64,000 bases of DNA from Heterodontus francisci (Eukaryota): positions 50,128,430 through 50,192,429 of the forward strand of contig NC_090399.1 of the NCBI RefSeq assembly GCF_036365525.1, read 5' to 3'. Of the stretch, positions 23,401-37,730 are shown piece by piece. The notes beneath the pieces are model-generated. The model was not told where the DNA came from and did not search any database. It worked only from the letters and a program-made list of their open reading frames with translations. Position 1 is the stretch's first letter. Every line of letters begins with the position of its first letter. The position numbers and the translations under genes are program-made.

Positions 23401-26400
23401 AATGGCCGGAGAAGAACACCGGCTTGACATCGGTGGATCTGACCGTGACAGCACGGGACACAAACAGGAAGTCCTGTCCGATCTTGACCAGGTGTATCTA
23501 CGCTGCACTTCGTCTGCAGGTTTGCTGAAGATGTCGTGCAGTTTGGCATCTTTAACTGTTTCTATTAGGAATCTGGACGTAGCGTCCAGTTTGCTGTCGT
23601 CACTGCCGGATCGTCCAGCTGCATCGATGATGCAGTTGAAGTCACCGCCTAGGATGACTGGCCTGGACGTCGCCAGCAGCAGTGGGAGCTGTTGGAAGAC
23701 GGTCAGCCGCTCGCTGCGTTGTACCGGGGTGTACACGTTGATCAACTGGAGCGGAGCGTTGTTGTACATTACATCTGCTACGAGGAGGCGACCGCCCACC
23801 ACCTCCTTAACTTCGGAGATGGTGAAGTTACCTCCCCGCAGCAGAATACCCAGGCCGGAGGAACGGCAATCATTACCCCCTGAACAGATTGATGGTCCGT
23901 GGGACCATCATCGTGACCACTGCCTGTAGGTACTGAGGTGTGGTATTCCACACTCCTGCAGAAACAGTAGGTCAGCTTTGACCTTGGCGAGGTAATCCAA
24001 AGTTGAAACACATCGTGTAGTGGATTTAATGCTGCACACGTTAATTGAAGCAATCTTTATACCCATTTTTAAGTTAGTTGTTGCTTCCCATACCATCTGT
24101 TCTTGCTTGTCCCAGTCCTTCGGAATGTTCCTGCATACCCATCGTGTACGCAAGCTGTTTCATCTTCGTTGGGCTCAGAAACCCCTCCTGGTTTCTCATG
24201 CAGGGTTTGTTCCGCTGGGGTGACATCGGGGTGCTCTTGTAAGCAGCAAGGATTGGGCTGTACTCTGCTGTTCCCCTCTGTTCCTCTTCAAAAACATCAC
24301 TGCTCCCGGCTTCCCGGAGCTGGACTGCGCCAGACGTGTCGTTGCTCTCGGTGTCCTGGAGTAGGGGTGTGCTGGGTTTGGCGCTTTGCGTTTGGGGCGC
24401 ACGGGGCCCACAGCTTCCTGTGCTCGGGGGCTGGGGGGCTTTATCTTCCAGCTCCTTTGAGTCTGCCGCCTCGTTTGAAGGTGCCGTCATTCTGGCACTT
24501 CCTCGTCCAGTGAAGAGGAGCTGCTGTAGTCTGTCTCAGACGGTAACCTCCTCTTGCCACTGGTTTGGGTGGTGGCCTGTTCCGCTTTTGGATGTTTTTT
24601 CTTTGTGGTTTTCCTTTATACCACTTGCCACTGACCTATTTGTCCATCTGCTGCCTCCTCCTCCATTGATTCTGTCTATGGGGAGGGGTTTCCGGGCACA
24701 GGGTAGGTGCTGGGTCTCTGGTTCCAGCTGCCTCCCCTTTCTTCTCCTTCTCAGGTAGACTTTCCTCATTGTGGAGAAGGTTGCTTGTCTTCTTTCCAGC
24801 ACCAGACGCCTTAGTCAAACCTTCTCCCGGCCTTTCCTTGGATCTTGCCGCCTGAGCATAACTGAGGCAGCGTTTGGGGCAGGTTTTGTAGAGGTGGCCT
24901 GTCCCACCGCACAAGTTGCAACACCTCCTCTGCTTACAGTCCTTTGTCTGATGGCCTTCCTCCTTGCAGTTCTTGCAGACGACAGTGCTGCGGTTAGCTG
25001 CCATGTGACCAGATTTGCCACAGGTGCGACAAACTCTGGGCTGCCCAGCGTAGACCAAGAAGCCTTGACTTCCCCCAATAGCGAAGCTGGAGGGAGGGTG
25101 GATGATGGCTCTGTTAGCATCGACCTTCAAGGTCACCATGACCTGTCGCTTGCTGGTCCAAATCCCAAAAGGGTCCTTGACATCAGTGCTGCTGCCGGCC
25201 ACCTCGACGTACCTGGCGAGAAAGGTGAGTACATCCACGACAGGAACATGGGGGTTGGAGAGGTGAATCGTCACCACCCGGTCACGTTGTGACAGCAGTG
25301 TGAAGAGTGGCTCCGCTTTGAGGATGGACAGCAACACCAGGTTTCCCTTTCTCCTTGAACACCTTCAGGAACTTGATGCATCCCGCCACATTCTTAAACA
25401 TCACGTCGAAATATCTACTGCTGGGGAAATCCTGCAGGCAGAAGATGTCTGTAGCTTGGAATCCACAGCAATCGATGAGGATTTTCTTGATGAAGAAGGT
25501 GCGATCAACCGGTACATCTCCTTCCTCGTCCTTCACCACCTCCCCAAGGGTGTTACACACTCCCTGGCGTGAGGCTCTAAGATTGGTGAAAGCCATTTTA
25601 CTCAAAGCATACCCAGGATCACAAGCCATTGATCATGGTTTCTCCCCTGACAGGTCTCTCTTCTCTCTCTTTGGCCTCCTTGTCTCGAGAGACAATGGGT
25701 AAGCGCCTGGAGGTGGTCAGTGGTTTGTGAAGCAGCACCTGGAGTGGCTATAAAGGCCAATTCTAGAGTGACAGACTCTTCCACAGGTGCTGCCGATAAA
25801 ATTGGTTGTCGGGACTGTTACACAGTTGGCTCTCCCCTTGCACTTCTATCTTTTTTCCTGCCAACTGCTAAGTCTCTTCGACTCGCCACACTTTAGCCCC
25901 GCCTATATGGCTGCCCGCCAGCTCTGGCGATCACTGGCAACTGACTCCCACGACTTGTGATCAATGTCACAGGACTTCATATCGCGTTTGCAGACGTCTT
26001 TAAAGCGGAGACATGGACGGCCGGTGGGGCTGATACCAGTGACGAGCTCGCTGTACAATGTGCCTTTGTGGATCTTGCCATCTTCCATGTGGCTCACATG
26101 GCCAAGCCATCTCAAGCGCCACTGGCTCAGTAGTGTGTATATGCTGGGGATGTTGGCCACCTCGAGGTCTTCTTTGTTGGAGATACAGTCCTGCCGCCTG
26201 ATGCCAAGGATTCTCCGGAGGCAGCGAAGATGAAATGAATTGAGACGTTGCTCTTGGCTGACATACATTGTCCAGGCCTCGCTGCCGTACAGCAAGGTAC
26301 TGAGGACACAGGCTTGATACACTTGGACTTTTGTCTTCCGTGTCAGTGTGCCATTTTCCCACACTCTCTTGGCCAGTCTGGACATAGCAGTGGACACCTT

Positions 26401-27233
26401 TCCCATGCGCTTGTTGATTTCTGCATTGAGAGACAGGTTACTGGTGATAGTTGAGCCTAGGTAGGTGAACTCTTGAACCACGTCCAGAGTGTGGTCGCCG
26501 ATACTGATGGATGGAGCATTTCTGATGTCCTGTCCCATGATGTTCGTTTTCTTGAGATGATGGTTAGGCCAAATTCGTTGCAGGCAGCCGCAATCCTGTC
26601 GATGAGTCTCTGCAGACACTCTTCAGTGTGAGATGTTAATGCAGCATAGTCAGCAAAGAGGAGTTCCCTGATGAGGACTTTCCGTACTTTGATCTTCACT
26701 CTTAGACACTACCTGCCACCTGATCTTGTGTGGAGGAAAATTCCTTCATCTGAAGACTTGAACGCATGTGAGAGCAGCAGGGAGAAGAAGATCCCAAACA
26801 GTGTAGGTGTGAGAACACAGCCCTGTTTCACGCCACTCAGGATAGGAAAGGGGTCTGATGAGGCGCCGCTATGCTGAATTGTGCCTTTCATATTGTCATG
26901 GAATGAGGTGATGATACTTAGTAGCTTTGGTGGGCATCCAATCTTTTCTAGTAGTCTGAAGAGACCACGTCTGCTGACGAGGTCAAAGGCTTTGGTGAGA
27001 TCAATGAAAGCAATGTAGAGGGGCATCTGTTGTTCACGGAATTTCTCCTGTCGCTGGTGAAGGGAAAACAGCATGTCAATGGTGGATCTCTCTGCTCGAA
27101 AGCCACACTGTGCCTCAGGGTAGACATGCCCGGCCAGCTTCTGGAGTCTGTTTAAAGCGACTCGAGCCCTGACAGGTAAGTAACCAGATACGACACCGAA
27201 AACTGATTATCACATTAAGCACACATTTGCCTT
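20447..27233 (-). mobile_element. Tx1-clade LINE copy B, near full length (frameshifted), with an RTE in its 5' region
   Basis: ORF1 with three CCHC knuckles (CRTCGKSGH, CKNCKEEGH, CNLCGGTGH); APE (SINV..I, FLQE, GGDFNC); RT (WRPISLLNVDYKILSK, GVRQGCPLS, YMDD); zf-RVT (CPRGGCGGEETVAHLLLEC). Confidence 0.92.
25656..27166 (-). mobile_element. RTE-clade LINE, 5' truncated
   Basis: FIDLTKAFDLVSR, GVKQGCVL.PTLF, LLFAD, RLRWLGHV; 11-bp TSD ccctgacaggt (25645-25655 / 27167-27177). Confidence 0.92.
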
Positions 27234-27244
27234 GAGCGTTAATA

Positions 27245-28410
27245 TTTTTTTTATTTCCAAAATATACTTTATTCATAAAAATGTGTAAAAAATACATTAC
27301 CAAACCATTTCAAACAGCACCAAGTCAAAAATTACAAACAGTGCAAAGGAGGTCAGTTTCTTTCAATACAATCATGAGTTACCTCACAACCCTTCCATTT
27401 CATTGTCGTGCCAGATACATTTTTACATTTTACAGCAGGCAGAATTTTCCTGATACAGTTCAAGGGGTTTCCCATGGATCCAGCCCCTCAGTTCACTTTG
27501 GGAGGACCTTACACAGTGGTCTTTCCCATTGAGCCTTTGCAGCAGTTGCCCCAAGCTTTAGTGCGTCCCTCAGCACGTAGTCCTGGACCTTGGAATGTGC
27601 CAGTCTGCAACATTCAGTCGTGGACAACTCTTTGCGCTGGAAGACCAGTAAGTTTCGGGCAGACCAAAGGGCGCCTTTCACCGAATTGATAGTCCTCCAG
27701 CAGCAGTTGATGTTTATCTCGGTGTGCGTCCCTGGTAACAGCCCGCAGAGCACAGACTCCTGTGTTACAGAGCTGCTTGGGATGCACCGCGACAAAAACC
27801 ACTGCATCTCTTTCCACACCTGCTTTGCAAAGACACATTCTGGAAGGAGGTGGGCAACCGTCTCTTCCCCACCACAGCCACCTCGAGGGCATTGTGCAGA
27901 GGGGGTGAGACTTCGGGCATGCAGGAAGGATCTGACGCGGAGGGCCCTTCTCACCACCAGCCAAGCTACATCTTGGTGCTTGTTTGAAAGTTCTGGTGAT
28001 GAGGCATTCCGCCAAATGACTTTGACGGTCTGCTCAGGGAACCATCCGACAGGATCCACTGATTCCTTTTCCCATAGGGCCTTGAGGACATTCCATACAG
28101 ACTGATGGATCCATGCCTGATGGATCGGTGGTCAAAAGTGTTTTCCCGCAGAAACTGTTCCACGAAGGATAGGTGCTATGGCACGGTCCAACTGGATGGA
28201 GCGTTCCACGGCAATGTGACCAGGCCCATCCTTTGCAACACTGGGGACAGATAGAACCTCAGCACGTAGTGACACTTGGAGTTTGCGTACTGGAGGTCTA
28301 CACACAGCTTGATGCAGCTCCACACGAAGGTGGTCTTCAGGATGAGGGCGACGTTGGGTACATTTTTCCCGCCCTTATCCAGTGGTTTGAACATCGTGTC
28401 CCTCCGGACC
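27245..28410 (-). mobile_element. Tx1-clade LINE copy C (5' truncated)
   Basis: Highly similar to 20447-21590; ORF 27493..28059 encodes the zf-RVT region. Confidence 0.9.
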
Positions 28411-31400
28411 GTTAATAGTGACTATCATAAAAAGAGGAGATCCTAGGCTCCCCCCTCAAATTAAACACACTGACACTGGTCCCACTCCCCCCGGGAACTG
28501 TTAAACTGCCTCTGGCCGGACTGAATTTTTCCACAAGAAGTTACAGTGATACACCATAGTCAACATACTGGTCACGAAGAAGGAGAGAGCCCAAAAATGG
28601 GTGTGCCAGCTGCTTCCGATGCAAACAGCACACAAACTTCATGCTGCTTGCTAATTTAAATGATTGTAGCATGCAGCAGCCAGTGCTAAGCCTGCTGTTG
28701 AGTGGTGGCAAGCCTGAGCAGGGGTGCAAAATCATCAGAGCCTAACACAAGTTAAAGCTAGCCTCCACGACTTAAAGCCACTTGCCTTGTTAAAGGGGAG
28801 ATGCTCTGTGGCTGGAGATGGGCCGAAGGCAGTTAAGGAAGTGATTTTGTCCTGGGGAACACTCAATCATGGCACAACATGGCAGAGACTGAGCAAGGTT
28901 TTCTGATGCTGCACTGGAGGCGTTGGTGCAGGAGGTGAAGAAGGGGAGAATTGTCACCAATCCACAGGAGCCCCTCCAGTTAAACTTGCAAAGGCAACAG
29001 CACCAGACAGCCATGGCAGTCAATACCAGGAGTCATGCTGGATGCAGTGCCGCAAAAAGTTCAATGACCTCACACAAGTGGTCGAGGTCAGTGAATTTAT
29101 CTTCCAATGACATATTCGACCAACAGCACCACTAGCCTCAAGCATTGCTTAATGCACTTTACCCTCATCACTCTCCTACCAGCAACCTCTATCTATCAGT
29201 GTTAATCTGTTAATTGTATATCAATTGTTTGATTATATGCAGTTGGAAAGTGTTAATCGGAGTCTTATTTGAGCACTTATAAGCAGACACTTACTGAGAC
29301 TGGTGGAGGTTTTTTTTTTGAGTGAGTAGCTCCATGTTTGTAATCCTTTTACTATGTACAGTAAATGTGAAACTGAGTAAAGGTAGGCTCCAGCATTACC
29401 CTTCCACAACAAGCTTTCTGGAATTTAACATGGTAGCATAGGATGGCCACCTGGAGCTGAAGGTTGGAAACTAAGAATTTTTTTTTTACATAGAAAACTA
29501 AACTCTCACTGGTATTGTGGAAAATATGACAGAAAGCAAGTGTAAATTGTCAAGGTATATTTACTCTGAGTCTGAACCATATGACCAGTGGAAGAATAAA
29601 GTGGATATGTGGACACGGGTTATGACCCTACCAACGAGGAAAGGAGGTATGGCCTTGGCATTGTCACTTCCTACTAAAAGTGAAGTGTTTTGTGAACTGG
29701 ATGCTTGTCCATTGGATACTGATGAATGTTTGGATCTTCTGTTAGAATTCTTGGATGAAATTTACAAGAAAGATGACCTATTGAATGCATATGAGACATG
29801 GTCAGACTTTGATCGATTTTGGAAAACAGATGGATATTCAATGGAGGAATATATCATGGACTTTAACAGGCTGCACAGAAGATTGAAGAAATTCAATTTG
29901 GAGATCCCTGGTTCAGTGTTAGCATTTAAATTGCTAGATTGTGTTAGAGTGTCACATATGGACAGGCTCCTGACAGCCATGGCAGTCAATTCGGTTCTTG
30001 AAAAAAGACTCCCTGTTAGATCAGATGTCTGCTGCCTTAAAGAAATCCCTGGGGAAGCAATCATTTCCTGCAGCCCTGATAGAGCAAACAAGGTATTCTG
30101 TGGTGACACAAGGGCTCAATGTTTACTAGATTTTTGGACACAGTCATACGTATAATGGAAGTGTTAAAGACAGGAGGAATTAGGATGAAAGCACCTTTAG
30201 CAGGTGTGACTATTACAGTGGAAGACAGAATTGAACAGCAATCATAGGCAAATAAATCCCAGGAATGCCCAAGGAATGCTTCAGGTGTGACTCTAAGTAT
30301 CATGCAATGAACTGCCCTAAGAGAAAGGGCAGAATCCTCAAAATAACACATGACACAGAGAATTCTATGGCAGAAGAGGAAGATAATGATAAATCTGAAT
30401 GAATTGTACTATGTATGAGGAGTTTTAGGTCTGTGATGAATGTGTTAGTTGTGGATTCGCTCAACTGTGCTGTATTCGATAGTACTTGCACATCGACAGT
30501 ATGTGGAAGTAATTGATTATAATGCAATCTGGATTCACTCAGTAGTGAGGATCAATGTGAGGTTGAGTATAAAAGTGCTACAGCTTTAGGTTTAGTGATG
30601 ACAACACAATGAAGTCACTGAAGAGAGTAGTAATTCCATGTGAAATAGCTAGAATAAGCCATTTTATCAGTACTGGTGTAGTCTCTAGTGAGATACCTTT
30701 ACTGTTGAGTAAACCTTCAATGAAAAAGGCATTAGTGAAACTTGATATGGAGCATGATATTGGAGAGTCAGTGAATTTGCAGTTTGCCCAGTCAGGGCTG
30801 TTAACAAAGACTGATGTTTCTAGTCAATGTATTAGAGAAGTGTTAATGGCATTAGGTGAGAAGAATCAGAGAGATAAAAAAACAAATTGTCTTAAAGTTA
30901 CACAGACAATTTGCTCATCCTTCTCATCAAAGATTAAAAACACTGCTAAAGAAAGCAGGTGTGATTGATGAAGAGTATACGAGGATAATAGAAGAGATTA
31001 GTGGAAAGTTGAAATCAGTAAACAGTATCGGAGGACACCATTACATCCTATTGTCAGCCTTCCCCTGGCATAATTGCCATGAATTTAAAGGTTTGGGACA
31101 AAGACAAGAATATTTTCATTCTACATTTTATAGACCTAGCAACTAGGTTTAGTCTTTCTACAATAATAAATAGCAAGGAAAAAAGGGTGATTATAGATAA
31201 AATTATGGAGAAATTGTTAGGGACTGGACTTGGGGCACCATCTAAGTTTCTGACTAATAATGGATGGGAATTTGCCAATGACGAGTTCAGAGACATGTGT
31301 GAAAATGTGAACATTATGGTTATGAATACTGGAGCTTAAAGTCCTAACAGCAATGGGCTCTGTGAAAGGAATCACACAGTGATCGATGAAATGCTGCATA

Positions 31401-34244
31401 AAATCTTAGCTGACCAACCAAACTGTAAGTTGACAACTGCCCTGGCATGGGCGGTTCATGCAAAGAATTCGCTTCAGATGGTTGGGGGATGTAGTCCCTA
31501 TCAATTGGTCTATGGGTGAAATCCCAAATTGTCTGCTGTACTGTGCGACAGTCCGCCTGCTCTAGAAGGTACTATAATTAGTTCAATTGTTTTTGCACAT
31601 TTGAATACTTTATAAGCAGGGAGATGGGCTTTCGTCCAGGCTGTGATCTCTGAGAAAATTCGGAGACCTCTGAGGCATCGTATAAGGCCATCTGAGGTGG
31701 AATTTAATTCAGGAATTTGGTGTATTATAAAAGAGAGGGTCATAGGGAATGGAAGGGCCCTGGTAAGGTCATAGGTCATGATGGTAAGACAGTAGTTATT
31801 AAGCATGGAAATCAAACTATTAAGGCTCATTCCTTGTGATTAGTTGGGATTGATTACAAAATCTCAGAATATGAGCAGCTGATAGAGAGAAACAAGGCAC
31901 CTTGTACCTCAAATACTCATGTGTTTTGTGATGAAGGTCCTGACGAACAGAATACAGTAAATTAAGGGTTGGATAGTAATGTGAACGATCATGATGCTCA
32001 GGAATGAGCTGTTGTATCCAAAGGCCAATTGCCCCGAGTTGGTACTCAGGTGACATATATTCCAGAATGGAGGGATGCAACAATTGTGGGACGTGCAGGA
32101 AAATCTACTGACAGGTTTAAATATTGGTTGAATGTTCAAGATGATGGCCAAAAAGCAAGGTCCATGGACTGACAGAATGGGGTGAAAGCGTGGAGGGTAA
32201 GAAAGCACAGTGCAAGCTCTAATAGTGTGTCTGGAAGTGACTCTTGTGTAAGGAAGCAATCACGTACTGGAGAAAGAGCCTCCAATAGTCTGCGAGGGAA
32301 ATGTTGTAGCAGTAGTCCCGAAAGCCATCAAAGTGCTCATAGAGGCCATAGTTTGAACAGATTCCACAATGAAACGAAAGCTGGAGAGCAGTGTCAGAAT
32401 AGAACTAGAAGCAGAAGTCCTCACGAATGTGAAGTTTTAGTGGCTGCCAGAAAACTTGAGGATATACTAACAAGAGAAGCAAAACATAAGGAATTAGAGA
32501 GTTGGAGAGAGTTTGGAGTCTATTCTGAGCTACTAAATAAGGTGAAGCCAGCCTTGTCACATAGATGGATTTGTACTGAAAGTCCTTCCAGATGGGACTC
32601 AGAAGGCTAAAGCGAGACTAGTTGTGAGGAATTTTGTCGAGAGACTGGGTGATCGATATTAGAGTGGATTCTCCAAGTAACCTTGAAAATATTTTTAGCT
32701 CTTTTGACCACATATTCATGACAGTGTAGATCAACTGAAATAAAAGCCACATTTCTGCAAGTGATACTTTTCATGGAAAGGGGTTTCTGCAACCACCTAA
32801 AGAGGCAGCAGATGCAGAAGGAAATCTAGGTAAACTGAACAAATACATCTTTGGCCTTAATGATGCTTCCAGGGTGTGGTATTTCTCGGTGAGATCAGTT
32901 TTTTTGAAAATTGGTTGTGTTCAACTAAAAGCAGATCCTGCAATGTTTTATTGGTACCATAAAAGGAAACTTTCAGGCATCTTCATGGTGCACGTTGATG
33001 ATTTCTTATGGGGTGGTACTGTGGGTTTTGAGAAATATGTTCTTAAGATTAGGGCAGAATTTAAGATTGGGAGTCAGGCTTGTGGGTCTTTAAATATATT
33101 GGTTTCGATATGAAGCAGAATAAGTCTGGAATAACTTTAAATGAACAATTCAGTTGAGAGAGTGTTTCTCCCATCCTGATTAATCATGTGAGGTCATCAC
33201 ACAAAGATGATGTATCTGAAGCAGAGACTGAGCAATTGTGAAGCTTCATTGGTCAATTAAACTGGTTGTGCACTCAGACTACACCAGGGATAGCATTGAC
33301 ATGTTGCGCCATGGACATTTGACAAAATTATTGACTCAGCCACGGACATGGGGGCAATTAAGCTGTATTTAAAATATATAGCCAATCTAATGCCATCAAA
33401 TCACAGTCCAATTTAAAACACATTTCTCCCGATAAATAAAGTAACTACGCATACAAACTTCAATGGAGAGCAGCACAACTGTATTAGCTGGCTCGGAAGC
33501 AAAATTGTATGCAATGCAATGCAAATTACATTTGTTGAATAGAGCTAACGACACCACGTCACAGAGAGGTAGATGGACCTTATAGGATGATCTCTGTGGA
33601 TTCACATTGTGTCAGGAGTGCAAATTCATCCAATAAACCATGAAACTCAAGGAGAGGATTGTTATTGTGGTTATTGAGGTGAGACAGTAGAAAAAACAGC
33701 AATAGGAAGACAGACCATTTCTCACACTGCTGTTGGCACAAGACAATTTAACTCATGATGGTCAATGTTTGTGCAACTTCACCTGCTTGTAATATGTGTC
33801 TGAAGACAGGGCAGCCAATAAACGGGAAGTGATCGCCAAATCAGGAGGATATTACAGGATGAAGCAGATAGTACTTCATATAAAGTAGAGTGGAACATGA
33901 AGGGACAGAGAGATTAGCGGTAGGTAACCAAGACTAGTTTATTCACCTTGACAGGCTGTGAAACTTGGTCCTGGATTCTTGGAAAATACAGAAACAGCAG
34001 CATCACTCATGGACAAAATGTCATTTGCTAACAAAAGTTAGTGACAAAATTAAATAAACACCATTACAAATAAAGAGCTCCCTTCAGTTCCTCCAATAAA
34101 GTAATTCTCTTAAATTCACTTACGTTTATATCTCAGTCCATCACTGTTGATTTGATTCAGCTCTGACAAAATAATTATTAACAAAATGTTTTCTGCAAAA
34201 AGTTGAGCAGTTGTTATTGCATGTATTATTCAGTTACAAAATGT

Positions 34245-36156
34245 CGTTATGACCTAGGTGGGAGGAGTGCACCATTCATTCTAGTCCCACTTCTCCACAG
34301 GTCACACATATATTTAAGTTTCCCACTTACTGATACAGTCAATCGTACACTCTATTTTTCACAGAATAAAACACACTAACCAGAGTTCTTTAACAAGCAA
34401 CAAAATTATCAGTTTATTATAAAGCAAGTCTCAACCAGTGATGAAGCAAAGCATAAACACACAGATTGAAATATGGGGCTGCACTTTAAGAGTCCACGCC
34501 GAAGTAGGTGGCGAACGTAAAAGAATTTGGCCTGCCCGGACGGGCATCGCGTCACGGAGCTGCCGTGATTTCAAACATGACTACTCATTTGCATGACTGT
34601 GGCGCATGCCCACCGCGATGACGTAGAGGGAGTGGGTGAGGCACACAGGTAATGGTGTCTGGCGCCAATGCACATGCACCAGCACCATTTTTAAAGGGCT
34701 TACAGCTCTCAATGCACATTTAAAATTTAAAGGGACAGGGAGGTTTAAGTTTCCTAACACTAAATAAAATAAACATACCATTCACTCTCCTCCCCACCCA
34801 CAGCCCCCCCCCCCACCCTACCCCCCGCCCCCCCCCCCCCCCCCCCCCGCATGGTAAATCATAACTTTCCTGTCCTTTTCCCTCCTGGAATACAGATATT
34901 TAAAATTTGACCATTTCAGTACCCTCCCCCGCCCACCAAAGTTCGGCTCCTTTGCCCTTTACCCCTTCCCATCACAACCCCCCTGACCAATCCACAGCAT
35001 TTTGACCCTGCTCCCCCCTTCCGCACAGGGGAAAAAAGTCCTCCTCCCCCCCCTCCCCACAGGTGTCATGCCACGTTTCCCCGAACGGGGATTCGAAGGT
35101 GCGGCATTGTCGGCCACCCAAATGAAGATTGGTACGGTGATTAAGGAGGCGACGGGACCTTCATTAAATCCGGCATGTAAATTAGTTTACATATTTAAAT
35201 AGGGGTCCCGTCACTGAGCAGAAGAGCAGCCACTACGAGACCTTGCCATCGCCGAGATCAGCATGGGGCCTGTCGCTATCAGGGTTGGTGGTGGGCCTCC
35301 GCTGCACTGATCTTTATTGCCCCCTTGCCAATGTTTCCAATGGCGAATGGACTTTAAAATCCAGCCCATGAAAAATTCCTTTTTACTTTAACCCCTCACA
35401 CTCACACACATATACCAGTTAACAGAAAAATAAAGGGATTTTTATTTTTAAAGCTCTATTGCAGACAAAAAAATACTTGGTCTGAATACTTGCTCATTCT
35501 TGAAGAAACACCAGATGAAATATGATGTGTTCCAAAACTGGCATACAGTCTGGCCTCCAAATACACATAGACAGATTACTAGGATCTTTTCGATCAGTTA
35601 TTTTCAGGCGATGTTGAGAATTAATTATAATATTTTTCTTCAAAGACAGGAGATGAGATGAATTGACACAATGTACTTCACAGGGTCTTTTAACGAGGTG
35701 CTGGAAAGCTGAGCTGGGTTGTGGTCTTCTTCAGTGGGAATTCTCTTTTCTCCTTGGAAGTCCTCTCTCTCCTTGGATGTTCTCTCATTTTTAATACCAT
35801 TCAACCTGAACCCAAAACAGTTCAAAAGTGGAACTGACAACAGGAGAACTGACCTCCATCAATCTTGACCTGCCACTTCTTTGTAAACAACTTCTCTAGG
35901 TGTCCAAAGTTCTCTGCTGTTTATTGAGCTGGAAGTCAGATGGCTTCCTGGAAAGGCTTGCTGTTGTTGCTGGAAGTCAGGTGGTTTTTCGGCAAAGCTT
36001 GTTTTCCTCACACAACCTCACAGTGCCCCTTTTAAAAAACATTTCCAGGGACTGTTTCTCAAAGTCAAGTGGCCTTTAAATGACCCCCTTTAAAATTACA
36101 AAGTTAATTATTTCTTCAATATTTCAAAATTGAACCCTCAAAAAATATATTTAACA
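34245..36156. mobile_element. solo LTR-like element
   Basis: Starts (c)gttatgacctaggtgggagg, ends taaca; same layout as 51467-52334 and 55222-58421. Confidence 0.5.
34476..35367. mobile_element. Harbinger-type MITE
   Basis: TIRs gggctgcactttaagagtcca / tggactttaaaatccagccc; 3-bp TSD atg; non-coding. Confidence 0.8.
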
Positions 36157-36269
36157 AAACACTTTAGTCACTTTCTATCAGATTGAACTCCAGACTAACC
36201 AATTTATGTCCAAGCCAAATCTCTTACCTGTTGGCAAATATGCACTTTTAACGTAATGTAATTATATGA

Positions 36270-37730
36270 GGCACAGTGTGGCTTTCGTGCAGAGAGATCG
36301 ACTATTGACATGCTGTTCTCCCTTCGTCAGATACAGGAGAAATGCCGTGAACAACAGATGCCCCTCTACATTGCTTTCATTGATCTCACCAAAGCCTTTG
36401 ACCTCGTCAGCAGACGTGGTCTCTTCAGACTACTAGAAAAGATCGGATGTCCACCAAAGCTACTAAGTATCATCACCTCATTCCATGACAATATGAAAGG
36501 CACAATTCAACATGGTGGCTCCTCATCAGAGCCCTTTCCTATCCTGAGTGGTGTGAAACAGGGCTGTGTTCTCGCACCCACACTTTTTGGGATTTTCTTC
36601 TCCCTGCTGCTTTCACATGCGTTCAAATCCTCTGAAGAAGGAATTTTCCTCCACACAAGATCAGGGGGCAGGTTGTTCAACCTTGCCCGTCTAAGAGCGA
36701 AGTCCAAAGTACGGAAAGTCCTCATCAGAGAACTCCTCTTTGCTGACGATGCTGCTTTAACATCTCACACTGAAGAATGCCTGCAGAGTCTCATCGACAG
36801 GTTTGCGTCTGCCTGCAATGAATTTGGCCTAACCATCAGCCTCAAGAAAACAAACATCATGGGGCAGGATGTCAGAAATGCTCCATCCATCAATATTGGC
36901 GACCACGCTCTGGAAGTGGTTCAAGAGTTCACCTACCTAGGCTCAACTATCACCAGTAACCTGTCTCTAGATGCAGAAATCAACAAGCGCATGGGTAAGG
37001 CTTCCACTGCTATGTTCAGACTGGCCAAGAGAGTGTGGGAAAATGGCGCACTGACACGGAACACAAAAGTCCGAGTGTATCAGGCCTGTGTCCTCAGTAC
37101 CTTGCTCTACGGCAGCGAGGCCTGGACAACGTATGCCAGCCAAGAGCGACGTCTCAATTCATTCCATCTTCGCTGCCTTCGGAGAATACTTGGCATCAGG
37201 TGGCAGGACTATATCTCCAACACAGAAGTCCTTGAAGCGGCCAACATCCCCAGCTTATACACACTACTGAGTCAGCGGCGCTTGAGATGGCTTGGCCATG
37301 TGAGCCGCATGGAAGATGGCAGGATCCCCAAAGACACATTGTACAGCGAGCTCGCCACTGGTATCAGACCCACCGGCCGTCCATGTCTCCGTTATAAAGA
37401 CGTCTGCAAACGCGACATGAAATCGTGTGACATTGATCACAAGTCGTGGGAATCAGTTGCCAGCATTCGCCAGAGCTGGCGGGCAGCCATAAAGACAGGG
37501 CTAAATTGTGGCGAGTCGAAGAGACTTAGTAGTTGGCAGGAAAAAAGACAGAGGCGCAAGGGGAGAGCCAACTGTGCAACAGCCCCAACAAACAAATTTC
37601 TCTGCAGCACCTGTGGAAGAGCCTGTTACTCCAGAATTGGCCTTTATAGCCACTCCAGGCGCTGCTTCACAAACCACTGACCACCTCCAGGCGCGTATCC
37701 ATTGTCTCTCGAGATAAGGAGGCCCAAAAG
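36270..37730 (+). mobile_element. young RTE-clade LINE, 5' truncated, uninterrupted 456-aa RT/C-terminal ORF
   Basis: ORF 36310..37680 (LLFADD, C2H2-like CSTCGRAC.SRIGLYSH); perfect 10-bp TSD aattatatga. Confidence 0.95.

Noticed and set aside
36310-37680. Intact 456-aa RT ORF as a possible domesticated gene
   Set aside because: 5'-truncated RTE copy with a TSD and two near-identical siblings in the window; it is intact because it is young.
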